DNA of 64,000 nucleotides from Felis catus. Taxonomy: Eukaryota. A program made the translations under genes and the position numbers. The stretch is from NCBI RefSeq assembly GCF_018350175.1, contig NC_058368.1:233370001-233434000 (forward strand). Reading direction: 5' to 3'. Below the pieces are notes generated by a model that worked only from the letters and a program-made list of their open reading frames with translations, searched no databases and was not told the DNA's origin. Positions 1-13,966 of the stretch are shown here, piece by piece (within the stretch, counting starts at the first letter, position 1; every line of letters begins with the position of its first letter).

Positions 1-3000
1 AAGCAGGAGAGGGCGCCGTCAGACAGGCAGCAGTGGCAGTGGCAGCCAGCTCCGTGGCCCTGCTGGTAAGGATGCTGCCATGAGCTTCCCGTGCACGAGG
101 CTTCTTCCCACCTTTCAGCTTGGTGCCTTTGATGATGTCCCAATGCCAAGTTTACGGAATTCCAGAGGACCATGCTTGTGCCTCTGATTTCCATTGCTAA
201 AGCACCTCCAAAGGGCTCTCTCAACGCACACCGTGCTAGTGAGGGAGTCTACCCAGGTCAACTTTAGAACAATAACAGGTCCTAGTATGGGCAATATAGA
301 GATTTTGACGGAGTTCAGATTTGAGGACATTCTCCTGGGAGAGGCCCCCAAGAGCGTCACGTTTGGACAGGTCCTGGGGTAGACAGGCCCGCCCCCGGGG
401 AGCAGGTGCAACCCACAGGCCGTCTCCGCACAAGTGGGGGGACGTCTCTTTTGCTTGGGTTCTTGTCCCCCTTGAGCTGGGCTCTTTACAGCTCTGCACT
501 CATCAGACTGAGGACAATCCAGCCTCTGGCATAAACCTCCTCACAAACTGTGATTCTCCAGGGACAGCCATCAAAAGGTTGCTGGGGAAACTCAGGAGGC
601 ACCACTCTCCAGCCCTGCTGCCCCCTGGCTTGCCCATGTGACTGCCCAGATAATCAGGCAGCCTGGGCCACCACTAACAGAGGAGGCCATTGCTCTGATT
701 GTCCTCTCTGTAGCTGCAATTATAACCCCACGGTTATTACGTGCTGACACCTGAGCTCAGCGTGAGCTTTCACACTGCCCGAGACACGGAGACGGCACCT
801 GCCATCTCCTTAGAAGTCTGATCAACTTCTCTAATCAGAGAGGCCTGGGATTCTCTCCCAACTCCCATGCACCAGGTAGGATGAGTCCTTGCCCCAGGAT
901 CTCAGTTCAAACACACAGACCCATAGTTATCCCGGGAGTGGTGCGGAGGAAGGCCACGGAAATAGAAACAGAGTTATTGACTTCGGTTGATTATGCCCTA
1001 GGTATGTGTTCTCTCCTAGATCTAGGACTCCTGCCTTGCTGCAGGAGTCAACTTGTACTGATTAATGAGGGGGTTTTTGAGATCCCTTCTCCCACTGCTG
1101 TACTGCTTAGTGCACTACGGCTTGTTAGAGACCCGAGGCAAAACTTTCTCTTTGCAGTGGAGAGGTAGGCAGGAAACGGTATAAACAGCATTCCACAAAA
1201 CCTTTGAAGGTACGCAAGAGGCAAGAAAGAAATTCTGCTTTGCTTTTGCGGAGTGCTCAGTAAAGCCCACACTGTGCTTTAGACACCCCAAAGAATTTAG
1301 TCCAGCCGCTGGCTGCTGGCTGGTGCCCTCAAGCCCCCTCTACCATCAGCTTTCCTCCGGGCTGCTGAATCCTGCTGGGTCAGCGCCTGGCGGGGTAGGC
1401 AGTGGGGAGAGGCTGGGCTGCCGACTGCTGGCACGGGGTCAATCTCCACTTAGCGCAGGAATGCGCTCAGATTTTGGTTCCCGCTGACCGACTAATTCTG
1501 CAGCTTGACATGCAGAAGAGGACGTTAAGAGTGAATTCAGCATTTCTTATTTGTATCCTCTAATTTTTTTTTTTTTTGAAGTATTACTCTTCCAAGTTCC
1601 TACCATGAACTGCCACTGGATGGCGCCACACACCCAAGTGCAGCAGGGCAGGCAGACCCCTGAGAGAGAGGCGGAGGGGTGGGGAAAGGCAGCCCCAGAG
1701 GCCCGTGAGACCTTGAGCTTCCTCAGAAACCTCAAAGAGCTGCCATGTGGGGTGACTGTGTAGACGTCATTAGTTATTCAGTCATGAGTGTAAACACTCA
1801 AATTCTTCTCGAAGAAGGCCTATTCAATTGCTCGCATTAATCTGGAAAATACCGTTAAGGTCCAAGACCAAGAAAGCTGTGATGTTTGGGGAAGTAACAC
1901 ATGTGATCAGCAAACGCTGATCTCTATTTCACTTTGCAGTAAAGAACGGTAGTATTTTGTTTTGAATACGTTTACTAATCGAGCAGATCATTCCAACGTG
2001 GAATAAAAAAGAAAAAAAAATTTTTTTTTTTTTGAGGGTAGTTTGAAAGGTCGAGGAGCTCACTTTCTAGGTTGTCAAAACAATAAAGAAGTTCGAGGAT
2101 CTAGGGGACACGTGCATGTTCGATGTGGTCAGCAGGCTGGGGAGAAGCCTCCCACCGGCCTGCCCCTTCTCACCTGGGTATAAGGTGAGGCCCATTGTGC
2201 ACGGAGGTGAGAAAGTATAAAGCAAGACGTGTCCAGGTGCTAACAATGAACAGAATATACAAGCAGTCAAGAGGCCACATTATAAGAGATATAAAATACT
2301 TCTGGGTTTTAAAATTCAGAACATAGAGCAAAGGAAGAAAATCGCTCGCCATTTGTCGGGATTTTTTTTTTAAGTTGAAATCTGTATCCAAAAGCAGGGA
2401 AAAGCCATTCAAATGGAATTTGTTAAAAGAGCTCCTCTTATGCGTACTTGCTTTCAGAAGAAGCAAAATGTGTTGCCAAGAGGAACATAAAATGGTCAAA
2501 GCAGCTCTTACCAATCACAAATGGCCATAACCACAAATATGGCAAGGCAGCCGCGTGCTAAGCCGAGCACGTAAAACACACTTTTTATTTTTACAGACGT
2601 TTGTAAAAGGCAAGTAAGCCCGAAACATGCTCATGGACCAGCTTGAAGTAAGGGAAGAGCTTACTAGAAAATTTAATTTTGTTAATGTTTATTCTTGAGA
2701 TAGAAAAATTTTAAATCTTAAAGGAAGTTGGCCTTTTCTCTCAGGGCTGAATCTTCGATCAGAAAAGCTATACCTATTTCAGAACCTGGGACGTACGTTT
2801 GGGGCGTTTGGAGGTTGTGAGCCTAGGAGTGTGTGACTATTTCAACAGTTCTAAGCTGCCTTAAAACTTTTTTTTTTTTTACATTTTTGGATCTCCGAAG
2901 TCTGGATGCATCTTCCAGCCCATGCTAATTTCACTGGCAGCTGATCCTGAAATAATATCGTGGTTTGCAGTCAACGGCTCCTCGGGATGGTCTGAGGCCA

Positions 3001-3390
3001 TGCACGCCGTGGCTGGCGGCGGGGCCCTGGCAGGAAGGATGAGGCCGTGGGACTGAAATCCAGCTCACAGTCCACTTGCTAGACATAGCGCTCGCAGCCT
3101 GGGTCCAACCAAAGGGGGTTTTGTTTTCTACTTTGTACTGAAGTGCCTCAGAGGCTCCTAACTTCCCTGAGCCTGTCCACCCCCTGCTCCCCCAAATTCA
3201 GTCCTCTGGCACTCGACACACAACCGCCATGACTCTAGTCTGGCGTGGCAAGATGGCCGACGGTCCCGGTGCGCCTGTGCCCTTCCGCCCCCCCCCCCCG
3301 GAAGTCAGATCCCTTCACACAACACTTCCGGTGCGCCTGTTCCTTACGCCGTGCCCTCCCCCGGAAGCCGGCGCTCTTCACACAACGTAC

Positions 3391-3505
3391 CCACTCGCAG
3401 CTTGAAGTCATTGAAGGAGTGTTTGTTGATAGCGTCCAGCTTCCCCACCAGGGCAAAGGCAAACTCCACCATGGTGCCGATATGCATGTACTGCCTCTCG
3501 GGCTC
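3391..3505 (-). CDS. ADCY2: Adenylate cyclase 2, coding exon (~exon 23), C2a catalytic domain
   Basis: 115 nt, phase 0/1; acceptor ...cctctcag|GAG, donor G|gtacgt; EPERQYMHIGTMVEFAFALVGKLDAINKHSFNDFKLRV(G). The next exon (GINHGPV...) was not found in 1-3390. Confidence 0.97.
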
Positions 3506-4022
3506 CTGAGAGGAAACAAACACACGCACGTGGGGTTAGAGGTCAACCGGCAGGGAAACGGTCCCTTGGGTCACAAACCTGGGCTCCAGGCAGACAGCAA
3601 TGCTTGAGGTCAAAGGCCGCAATGCCCGGCAGACAGGCGTGTGTGAGGATTACCCATCCTCCCAAGGGGACCCTGTGTCCCGGTTCATTCTTGTGGCCGT
3701 GGGGAGACCTGAGACGCTGGAAGACACGGAATGGGACCTATGTCGTCTTAAGCCAGAAACTGCCGGCAGAAGACACTTCGAGGAGGGGCTGGCTCCTGGT
3801 TCTCCGCTTGCCCCGCATACCCGTCTCCCCCCGTTCTCCGCTGGCCTCTGGCTCCGAGGGTGACCTCTGACCCCTGCGGGACTGGCTAATGGGAGGGCCA
3901 GGGAAGGTCGGGGAGAGCAGGGCAGAGAGGTCGGGGTCCTTTCCTCCCCTTCCCTACTCCACACCTGCCACACGGCTCACCTCGGTTCTGGAAACACCCC
4001 ATCTTCCCTTTTAGGGCAAGGG

Positions 4023-4364
4023 TGTTATGTGTCTCCCCCATTCCCCCAAATTCATAACCTCCGAATCCTCAGTATTTGCTTTGCAGCTTCTCACGGCTAT
4101 CATTAAATAAGAGAGTAGGATCCAATGAGGGATTAGTGACGAATCCAGCATGACTTGGTGCCCTTCTAGAAAGAGGAGATTAAGACACACAGAGAAGGCG
4201 ACACGAAGAAGCGGGGGAAAGATGGCGTCTAGGAAGCGAGGACAGAGGCTCAGGAGACACCAACCCCGTCTGCACCTGATCTCTGACCTCTAGTCTCCAG
4301 AAGTTTCTGTTGTTTAAGCCGCCCAGGCTGTGGTGCCGTTACAGCAGCCGGAGCCAGCGGCTAC
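4023..4364 (+). mobile_element. MaLR solo LTR (MLT1-like)
   Basis: tg...ca ends and typical MLT1 segments 'gattaagacacacagagaaggc', 'ctctagtctccagaagtttctgttgtttaagccgcccagg'. Confidence 0.75.
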
Positions 4365-4529
4365 AGGGGGGTAAGATTTCCTGCCTTTACTGTCCCTGGG
4401 GGATTTATCGCCCCTTGAGGAGTAGTTATCAAACACATAGAGCTGGAGGAAAAGACCAGTTCAAGGCTCCCAGTGAAGGTAAGTGGGAATCTGTACTCCC
4501 ATTTACTACTAATTTCTATTTCTATTTCT

Positions 4530-4745
4530 TTTTTTTTATTTTTTTTCAACGTTTATTTTTGGGACAGAGAGAGACAGAGCATGAACGGGGGAGGGGCAGA
4601 GAGAGAGGGAGACACAGAATCGGAAACAGGCTCCAGGCTCTGAGCCATCAGCCCAGAGCCCGACGCGGGGCTCGAACTCACGGACCGCGAGATCGTGACC
4701 TGGCTGAAGTCGGACGCTTAACCGACTGCGCCACCCAGGCGCCCC
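4530..4745 (-). mobile_element. Young CanSINE (SINEC_Fc-type)
   Basis: Near-consensus tRNA-derived head ggggcgcctgggtggcgcagtcggttaagcg, CT-rich region and A-tail with CpGs intact; 15-bp TSD tctatttctatttct at 4515-4529 and 4746-4760. Confidence 0.95.
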
Positions 4746-6197
4746 TCTATTTCTATTTCTATTTCTATTTATTTCTATTTCTATTGCTATTTCTGTTACT
4801 AATTTATATTTACTATTAATTTGTAACACCTATTATATTTGTATTTCCTTTTGAAAGCCATCTTTGTAAAATTTCTATCTGGGGTTATTTTATAAACACA
4901 GATTCTTTACTATTATGTGTGTATAACTCATAAAATGTGTTTACATGTCTGAAAGGTTCCTGCTGCCCCAATATTTAACGACTGGGCGCACCAAGAAGGG
5001 GCGTGAGATGCAGTCCCAGCGCTGGCCTGCATCTGTGGCTTGTGGTTTAGAATCAGTGCGGTCTTTTATTTCCCTCACTCGTCTGTGAGCTCCCCAAGGG
5101 CAGAGACTATGTTCTATTAATCTGTGTCTCCACAATAGGAAAGTGTCTGGCCCAGGAGAGGCACCTGATACGTGTTTATTGAGAGACTGCATTTAGATCG
5201 CCGGTCGGGTAGCCGAGAGGAAGTGCGTAGGAGGAAGGGAGAGCCTTGCCGAGCTCTGGTGGAAGGTCATGGCCGACCGATGCTCGTTTGGGAAACATAC
5301 ACCCGGGGCGGGGCGGGGGGGGGCACTGACGCACCCACTGAAGTGGGAGAAGGCTCAGAAGAGGACACAGGGTATTCAAGCGGGAAGACGGGGAGCAGCC
5401 TCAGCCGGCTGGGGGAGGAAACAAAATCAGTAAGGACGCTAGAAATACTTGAGAGAAGAGCAGGAGGGGTGGCCCTTTGTGGAGCTCAAGTGTTTGATCC
5501 CGCAGGGGGCCCCAGCAGAGCAAACTCAGAGAGAGAGAGAGAGCTCTCAAGACGGTGAAAGGGGAGGGACGTGGTGACCATGGGGCGCATTCACCATGGA
5601 GGGTGAAACCAGCAACCAGCTCTGAGGGTTTCAGGAGGGATGAGGGAGGAGGACAGTGGAGACAGGGGATGTGTCCTGCACCCTGAAGGTGACAGGGGCA
5701 TGAAGAAAACCAAGGTAACGGCCAAAGGAGAAAGGAAAATGACAACGGGGTTATTCCCCGAAGGAGTCAGGAAGGGTAGCACCAGGCAAGTCTCTCGATG
5801 TAAACACTGATGACACCTGAGTCGGATCATTCTTTGTCCCGGGGCCGCGTCCTGCGCCCTGCAGGATGCCGAGTGGCACCCCTGTCTTCCTCCGAGAGAT
5901 GCCCCCTCCCAGGACTGACGAGAAAAAATGTTCCCAGACACTGCCCAATGGCCCCGAGGGGCAAGCAGCCGGCCGCTGAGATCACTGCACTAAATAACAT
6001 AAACACGAGCAGAGGAGTCACTGAGAACGTTCTTCCTCTCCTTGGAGAAATCCTATCATTCCAGAGAAAGACCGATGAAATGCTACTGTTGCCGCAAATC
6101 CTCAACTTAAAAATTGCGAGAGAAAATCCACACAATTTAAACAACTGGAGCTATGGAACACACTGCCAGCTAACGTCGGTGAAAATGCCGTCGTTTC

Positions 6198-6411
6198 TTT
6201 TTTTTTTTTATTACAGTTTTTTGTTTTAATTTGAGAGAGAGAAGGGGGGAGAGACAATGAGTGGGGAAGAGAGGCAGAGGGAGAGAGACAGAGAATCTCA
6301 AGCAGTCTCCGTGCAGAGCCCGACACGGGGCTCGATCCCACAACCCTGGGACCGTGACTTGAGCTGAAATCAAGAGTCGGACGCTCAACAACTGAGCCAT
6401 CCAGACGCGCC
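6198..6411 (-). mobile_element. CanSINE
   Basis: Diverged CanSINE body (gagctgaaatcaagagtcggacgctcaac) with a T-tail on the + strand. Confidence 0.9.
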
Positions 6412-6554
6412 GCAGAGTCACTGCTTGACAACGGTTCTGCTCTTCTATCAGAGCTCGCTAATGTTTCTGGTCTTGTGACCCGCGGGGACGGCGTGATTGG
6501 GAACTTCATGCCTCTAGTCCGTTGGAAACATCTTGCTCCTAAACAGGAAGCACA

Positions 6555-6718
6555 GGGGCACCTGGGGGGGCTCAGTTGGTTAAGTGTCCGACTCTTGGTT
6601 TCAGCTCAGGTCATGATCTCATGGTTCGTGGGTTCAAGCCTGGCTTCGGGCTCTGCGCTGACAGTGTGGAGCCTGCTTGGGATTTTCTCTTATCTCCCTC
6701 TGTCTCTGCCCCTCCCCT

Positions 6719-6760
<42 letters not shown>

Positions 6761-6817
6761 ACACACAGACACACACACTCTCTCTCTCCCTAAAACAAAA
6801 TAAACTTAAAAAAATAA
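6555..6817 (+). mobile_element. CanSINE
   Basis: ggggcacctggggggg ctcagttggttaag head, (CT)n, A-tail; diverged TSD aaacaggaagca / aaactggaagca. Confidence 0.92.
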
Positions 6818-8974
6818 ACTGGAAGCATGAACTCTTAAATCAACAGGTAGAATCCTGTGAACATCACGACTGTTCCAGCAAGGGGGGCAGATTTGCCACA
6901 GGGGGGGAAATGGTTTGCTTTCTCCTGAACCACGGTAAGACAAACCAGCTTCCTCCCCTGATACATGATCACCCGATCTGTTTTCATGCAGCGGGCGTAA
7001 GCTAGAGGTTTTACTCGACCTCCGTGATGAATGAAGAGATTGAGTTCTGGGAGTGGGGTTTAAATCCAACGTCCGTAACTTGTTCGAGCGTAGTAAACCC
7101 TGGAAAAAGTTATGCTCGGTCTCAAGAAGAGCTCAGTTCGTTTCAAGAAGTCTTTATAACTGAGCTTTTGATAAATATTTGACGACAGTATAAAGCAGCT
7201 CTTTCTCCCACGACCCAAGTGATTTCTGTGAGACGTCTCCAAATATTTAACCGACTTCCAGGGACACGGCAGTAGACACATTGAGCGCCCGGAACACATC
7301 TGGCGAGCCGTTTGCTTTGGAAGTTCCACCAGCAAGGAACCCTGCTTAAGTAACTGCGTCTTTACTGAGGTTGTTTTGTAACTCAAGTGCCTGTTTGGTA
7401 AACACTGAATTTTTTTAGGCTGAAATTAATGTACACCTTGCCTCCTTCCTTGACCTCTCTTCTCTCCTCCCTTCTCTTCGTCCACCCAGCAAACATTCAC
7501 TGTGCCCCTGCTGTGGTGGCATCTACCTCATGCTGAAGGTTTACAACCGCTGTTCTCCCACTTGAGGCCCCTGGGAGATCCCCTGAGGTCTGTCCCTTCT
7601 CTGAAGGGAACGTCCACTGTTGCCCCCGTGAGCCGATTGGCACAGCCTGAAGATCGGCTCGCGCCTGGGGAGACACTCGAGTGTCCGGAACCTGTCAGAG
7701 GACACCCCTGGGACTCACAACGTCCCAGTGTGAACCCAAACCCTGAGGCACGAAGAAGGATTTATGGAAAATGGCCTGACTGCTAGGCCATCTGTGGACC
7801 CGTCTAGACTCAGTCAACTCACATTCACTGTTTTCCACCCACCTCATTTTACAGAGAAAGTATTTTACTAAAATGCACATTAGGGGATGTTCTAGCAAGC
7901 ACCTCCCCCCCCCCCCATCACGTTTTAAACCATTTTCCATGAGAAAGTTAGTTGCCAAGCACACGGGTCACTCAGACCCACTGTCATGGTCATGAGGGTC
8001 CGTACCTGACGTGGTCCGGTTTTCAAATATACTGATGGAGGAGTGACAGTAAGATCGTCTGTGCGGACACTGCAACGCTGACCTTGTGCCAGCTGCTGGG
8101 AATTCTCAAAGGCTACATAGCAGCAGTGTGTGCCTGAAGGTATTTAATCCTCACGCTGAGTCCCGTGAGGGACTTTCTGTCTTCGTCCCCACCGTGCAGA
8201 TGGGGCAAGGGAGGCCCCGGATGCTTCCTAACGGGTGGGAGCCGCACAACCAGGCTTCCCCGCCAGGAGTCTGAGTCCGGGGCCCTGTCGTAGCAGCTCT
8301 GTCGACTTGTCCCCCACCCCGTGCGCATCCAGAATGCGGTGGGAACCGCGCCGTTGGCATTTTATGTGTCAGCCTCGAATCTTCGCATCTTTGTGTTTCC
8401 TTCCACTTTAAAACATTTTGCACTGCACTCAGTTTCGTGAGCTTCCTTGGGGTAGATTTATGCAAAATATGCACAAACGTGTGGACAAATAGGTAAGCAG
8501 TTTTCCTTGATAGCTTTGACGGTAAATGGTGGCAGGTGGGTTGGATGATGAGCCTAAGGGATACTCAGCTGACGGAGAGCTATCACCGGGAAGTCGTCAC
8601 AAATGGTTCTGGAACTGCCCGCCACCCCCGTGGACGGCTGAAACCGTACTCGGTATCTTCGAGCACGGACGGTACATCCAAAACTAACGTTAGTATTCCA
8701 TGTCCTACGAGACAGCTTTTCTTCTCGACTCTCCTGCTTTGCCGATGGCATCATCAGCGGCAGATCCCTAAGTCGGAAACCCGAGATGCTGGCGAGCCTG
8801 GCCTTCTAAGCCCCCTCCACCGCGGCCCCTCAGCTCCCAAGTCCACCTCGCATGGGCACACTTCTGCCATTCACCTCTTCCTTTATTTTCCCCAGGACCG
8901 CGGTTTACATCCTGACCACCACTTGTCCGAATGTAGGAAGTTCCCGAATTAACTGTCGGTGCTTTGGAATCGGG

Positions 8975-9120
8975 CAAAACTAGGTCCAGCCCCAGGTTCT
9001 ATAACCGTTAGCTGTGTGGCCTTGGCTGAGTCACTCAACTTCTCTGGGCATCAGTTTCCTGGTCTGTAACGGGACAAGAACTACCTACCTCTCAGGGTTG
9101 TGGGGAAGGTGAAATGAATT
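8975..9120 (+). mobile_element. MIR SINE fragment
   Basis: Core 'tagctgtgtggccttggctgagtcactcaacttctctgggcatcagtttcc...tacctacctctcagggttgtg'. Confidence 0.75.
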
Positions 9121-9662
9121 TGTTAGATGGATGCAGCCTAGATCCTTGGGGCTCAGGATTTATTTAGTTTCTTTCATGATGGTTTACAGAAGCAGGTCAC
9201 CCTGACGTGAAAAACATCGAGAAGGAAAATGTCAGAAACTGTCTCATGCCCTCGTTCAGAACCTTCTCCCTTCGAACACACTGGGCATCCTACGGGGATG
9301 CCCGGCTTCGACAATGACCCAAAAGTCTGCCATTTCCAGTGTCTTTGAGACTCTCGGTGGATATAGCGAAGATCAGTGGTTTAGTTTCTTTCGGTTTGCA
9401 GCTTCCTGTTAGTAGCACCAAAGCAGGAAGAGGTTTCACTGTGCTCACGACACATCACGGTAGCTTTGGTGTTTGTCCAGAAATACACAGCACCGGGTGC
9501 CACTTTTCATTTCAGCAGAGACCCGAACTGTTTTCTACTGTCTCCAGTAAAGGGAACTATGGTTATTAGTCGCAAGGTGTGCTTTAGCTACCAGGAGCCC
9601 GGCAGCAGAGGGTCTCAGAGCGACTCCCTGATTCTCCCGTGGTCGACCCGGCAGAGACCCCT

Positions 9663-10017
9663 TGCTGTGGATGGACGTTTGCACCCCCGAGAAATTCCCA
9701 TGTTGAAGCCTAATCCCCAGGGTGATGGATTAGGAGGTGGGGCCTCGGGCTAGGTCATGTGGGGGGAGTCCTTGTGAATGGGATTAGCGCCCTCACTAGG
9801 AGGGGCTGGGGACAGCTGGCTTCCTCTCTATGCCTTCCGCCAGGTGACACACAGCGAGAAGACAGCCAACGGAAGACCAGCAAGAGGGTCCTCGCCAGAC
9901 ATCTCACCTGCTGGTGCTTTGGTCTTGGACATACCAGCCGTTGGAGCTGTGAGAAGTAAAGGTATGTTGTCACCCAGTCTATTGGCGGTTGCTAGGGCAG
10001 CCTGGGCTGACCGAGAC
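9663..10017 (+). mobile_element. MaLR solo LTR (MLT1A-like)
   Basis: 'atgttgaagcctaatccccagggtgatggattaggaggtggggcc', 'gaatgggattagcgccct', and 3' 'gcagcctgggctgaccgagac'. Confidence 0.8.
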
Positions 10018-12920
10018 TGTCTCCGGTTTTCCCAGACACTCTCCACGTCACCCGGCATTGGAATCGTTTGCACACATGCCTTTCCCGGACTGTAAACTTC
10101 GGGGAACGCTTGCCACAGTGGGGAAAGGAAACACCTGCTGGATGTCCCACGAGCTCAATAAAACCTAGAACAGCCGAGCCTGAGACGGAGCCATTAACCT
10201 GAGTCGCTGGATGCGGATGGGAAACGTTTTTTCTTTGCTTTGTTGGCAACTCAGTTTTGCTAATACGCTGGATGCGCGAGTGTAGGCATCTCATGGGCTG
10301 ATCGTATGGAGCCTGGGAACTCATCTGGGGGACGGGGGGAGCCAAATAAAGGAAACACGCTGGCGCCCTCCGCCACGGTGTCTGTAGGGGGTGAACTGGG
10401 CAAGAACCAGACGGAGCCAAGGGTAGTGCTTAGTAACTACCCTCAACCTGCCACTCTGGGTCCGCTGCTGAATTTGTTGGCATATAATAAATAAAAATAC
10501 TAAATTCATTTTTAAATGATTGTAAAATCAACTAGTTTTTACTTACAACAAATAAAACAATTAAATAGACTAAAAAGAGACTAAGAATACAAATGCTTTC
10601 TAAAATTTTAAAAAGCACCAGTGCTCATTCCAGGGTGAAGAATAAAACCTCCCTGCCTCCTCCTGCTTCTCTGCTTCTTCCCTCCCCTGTACTTTCTGGA
10701 GCAACGAATTATTTCCTGTCAAAGTGGTGCCAGCAATGGGTATCCATCTACTTGAGATTGTGAATGAGAGCTCGTGGTTTGGTTTATCACAGCAATAATA
10801 TAATCCAAGCGTGAATCTGAATGCAAAGTTTTCATTCTTGTGTTTTTGTTTCAACCTATTTAAGCTGTCAGTGATGTTTCTCTGAAAAAGATCAGAAGCA
10901 TTTATATAATGGCTACGGCCAGAGAAACCCTGGTCATTGACTAGGCCACGAAGGATGGTCTTCATAAACCACAGAGCCCCTCGGAGGTCGAGGAGGCGAG
11001 GCTCTAGAGTACAGCAGAAGGAATGGGGCAACAGGGAGTCGTGGGGAGTGTGGCAAACTGAGAACACGCTCAAGTCTAAATGAAGCAGCTGCTTCTACGT
11101 TCCAGCTGATGGACTCTGTCATCGGGGATGAAGATCAGGTAGATAATCTGCCAGTTTTCAGGAGAAGCCGGAAATGATAATTTTTTGGTGAAATGTCCTT
11201 TTTCTAAAAAAAAGGACTCTGTAAGTCAAGAAAAACATACTTGGGACCACAATTTGCTCTCAGGGTTTACCGTGTGAAGGCCGTGGCATGGAGCAAGCAG
11301 GAGGCTTTGCACCTGGGCGTCCTGCAAGCAGGTGAGGTCCTGGCAGGTGGGGGCAGGGTGCCGGCTGCTGACTTCTGTCCCTGGACGCCTACTTGTCAGG
11401 CGCGTGTTCACGGAATCACGAGTGGGGCTAGCACGCCAGCCTTTCTCAGTCTGACATTTCGTTTCTTGACAAATGCCCGCTTCTTTTAAAAACAATCAGT
11501 TGTGATGCATAATGCAACCGACCATTTTTCAGCTTAAAATCAGAATGTACCATTTCATTTAAATCCAAACAAAGGCGGTCAGCCCTACTCTGACCAGGTG
11601 TTGACAGGCTGCTATGCATCCGTTTTCCCAATGGAGAAGTTATGCTGCCCCCCAAGTAGAAAATGAGGAGGTTTTCTAGTCTTACATGTAAGAGCTCGAT
11701 TTCAAAAGGCTTTTACCCAGATAACTCTGCCTCTTTTGGGATTTAACGAAAGCACATTAATCCTTGATGAACCCAATATATTTTGCAAATCGAATGTCTC
11801 TTGTTGCCAAACTAAATATTTGGCCAAACAATACGTGGCAAGGTTTCTTGGCTTACAATGAGGAAAACAAGTAGGTAGGTTACAGGTGGGTTACAAAAGG
11901 CAGAAGACATGTTCATTTCAAATATCTACATTGATATTTATCAAGTGTTATCCCCCCACCCCAATCAAACGTAATGTGTTTTCCCTGGAGCAGACTTTCA
12001 CTGCACTTCAAAATATTTCTAGGATGACCTTACCAAGATCTAATTAATGCCCGAAATAGAAATAGCTCATATGGAGTACATTCTCTGCATGGACATGACG
12101 ACATATCATATTGCATTTATGTCCGAAACCCTCGTAGCTGTTCTGTTGGAGGGCACGATAGTAACAATATGCAAAACAGTGTACAAGTCACAACTGTATT
12201 ACTATGGCTTTTAGCATTTTTATTACCTACTGTGGCCAAGGAGTATTTTGCATATTAATGCAGTCTTCCCAACGGCCTTATGAAATGGGCACGCTCCCCA
12301 TTATGTAAGGACACGGGAGCGCAGAAAGGTTAGCTACTGCGCTAAGTCATGAGTGGTCTCACTTGAGACTCACGTTCTTTTCCACTCGAGCTTATCAACG
12401 GGTGACCGGTAAGAAGTTGGGAAGCAGCCCAGGGGTGGCTAAGAAGGCCACCCCTGGGCTGCGGTTGATGAAGGCAGGAGGGATGGGGCAGGTGGGACAG
12501 GAGAGGTGGGCTAAAGTGAGGCAGGAAGCAGCAGTGAGTGACGGGCACAGACGTGAGCGTGGCACGGGAGGGGTGGTGAAGGAGCCCACGAGGCAGCAGC
12601 AGAGCTCTGGACCAGCAGGGGAGTCCTGCCCCAGGGTTGGCAGCCCAAGTCTGTCGCTGCTTGTTCTCTCCGTGACCTTGGGCAAGTTACTTCACTGCTT
12701 TGCCTCAGTTTCTCCTTCTCCATCTGTAACACGGATGGTTGGGAGGGGGGATCTCTCAGGCTTGTCAAAAGTAGACTCAGGAGGCATTTTGCGAGTGTTC
12801 GGAAACGTCAGGGGGAAGAAGGAGAGGGTTTGGAGCGGGAGTGGCAGGTGTGCGAAACAGGGAAGGGAGCCACCCACTGTTCTGTCCTCCGCCAAGGAGC
12901 CGGAGTAGTTGCCATGCACA

Positions 12921-12934
12921 CCGCCCCCTGCTGG
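12921..12934 (-). promoter_or_regulatory. Candidate CTCF core motif
   Basis: Minus strand reads CCAGCAGGGGGCGG, an exact match to CCASYAGRKGGCRS; binding not demonstrated. Confidence 0.35.
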
Positions 12935-13966
12935 GGGTTTTGGGGACGCCACCTACGACAGGGCACTACGATCTGGATGGTGGATAAGAAACGCACCTTT
13001 GCGAGAAAGCTGAAAGTGATACGCTGCCTGTGGGAGGCAGGGAAATGGGCTCTAGACACAGGAGGTCAGAGGAGGCACAGTTCCTCAGGTCAGGGCGCAG
13101 GACAAGCTTCCGTGAAAGTCGGAGCTTTGCCTCTGTGGATGGTGTCTTCAGTACGCGTGGAACGACTTGGAGAACTAGTGGAGATGGGCTCTCCAGCGCC
13201 ATCCTCAGAGACACAGGGGATGGCTGGGGCCCCGTTTTGGGAGGAGGGGGACGGGAAGAAGATGAGGGGGTTAGAACTGGCTGTCCCTGTAAAGCTGGAA
13301 TGGTAGGTCCGGCCCCACGATCAGGGTGGCAGGTGACGGTTTTGGCCGGGGCTGAATCCGCAGAGGGGATGGATGGAGACCCCTGACGGAGAGCAGCTGT
13401 CAGGGCAAGAGCACGGACAGTGTCCCAAAGGGATGGACCACGGGCAGGTGACAGACAAGGGGACTTCTAGGCGAAGGGGGCCATCAGCTCTACCGGACGC
13501 CGCAGGCAGGACTTCAAGAATGAGCGTGAGGAGTACACAACCCGGCTGGGGTTCTGGAATGTGGAAGTGCTTCCTGGTCTTCAAGAGTGGGATTTCTGTT
13601 GTTGGTATTGGGGGGGGGGTAGGGGGGGGGGGGAGGGGAAGGGGAAAGATAAAGGCGGTGGATGTGGGCGATCAGTCCACAGGGTGTGCCCGAGGGAAAG
13701 GAGAGACGTGGGCTGCAGGGCCGGGGTCTGGAGGAGGCAGAGGGAAGACAGACGCGTCAGGATTTATGGGACGGGGGAGGATGCGCCCACCCCACACGCT
13801 GAATGTTGAGTGGGTCTACACCAGCGACGCCTCTGAGAATCTCCGTGCTGAGCCCCACAAGGGATCAGAAAGTGGCTACCGGTGAGCTAAGGTCTGGACT
13901 GGGCGTGATCAGGCCAAGTGCCCTAAATGACTCCGAGAGAGGAGATCAGCTGGAGAGGCCTCAGAA

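Noticed and set aside
1..3390. Next ADCY2 exon (GINHGPVIAGVIG...)
   Set aside because: No matching sequence seen; presumably just beyond the window's left edge.
4530..4745. tRNA gene-like A/B boxes in SINE heads
   Set aside because: tRNA-derived CanSINE heads, not tRNA genes.
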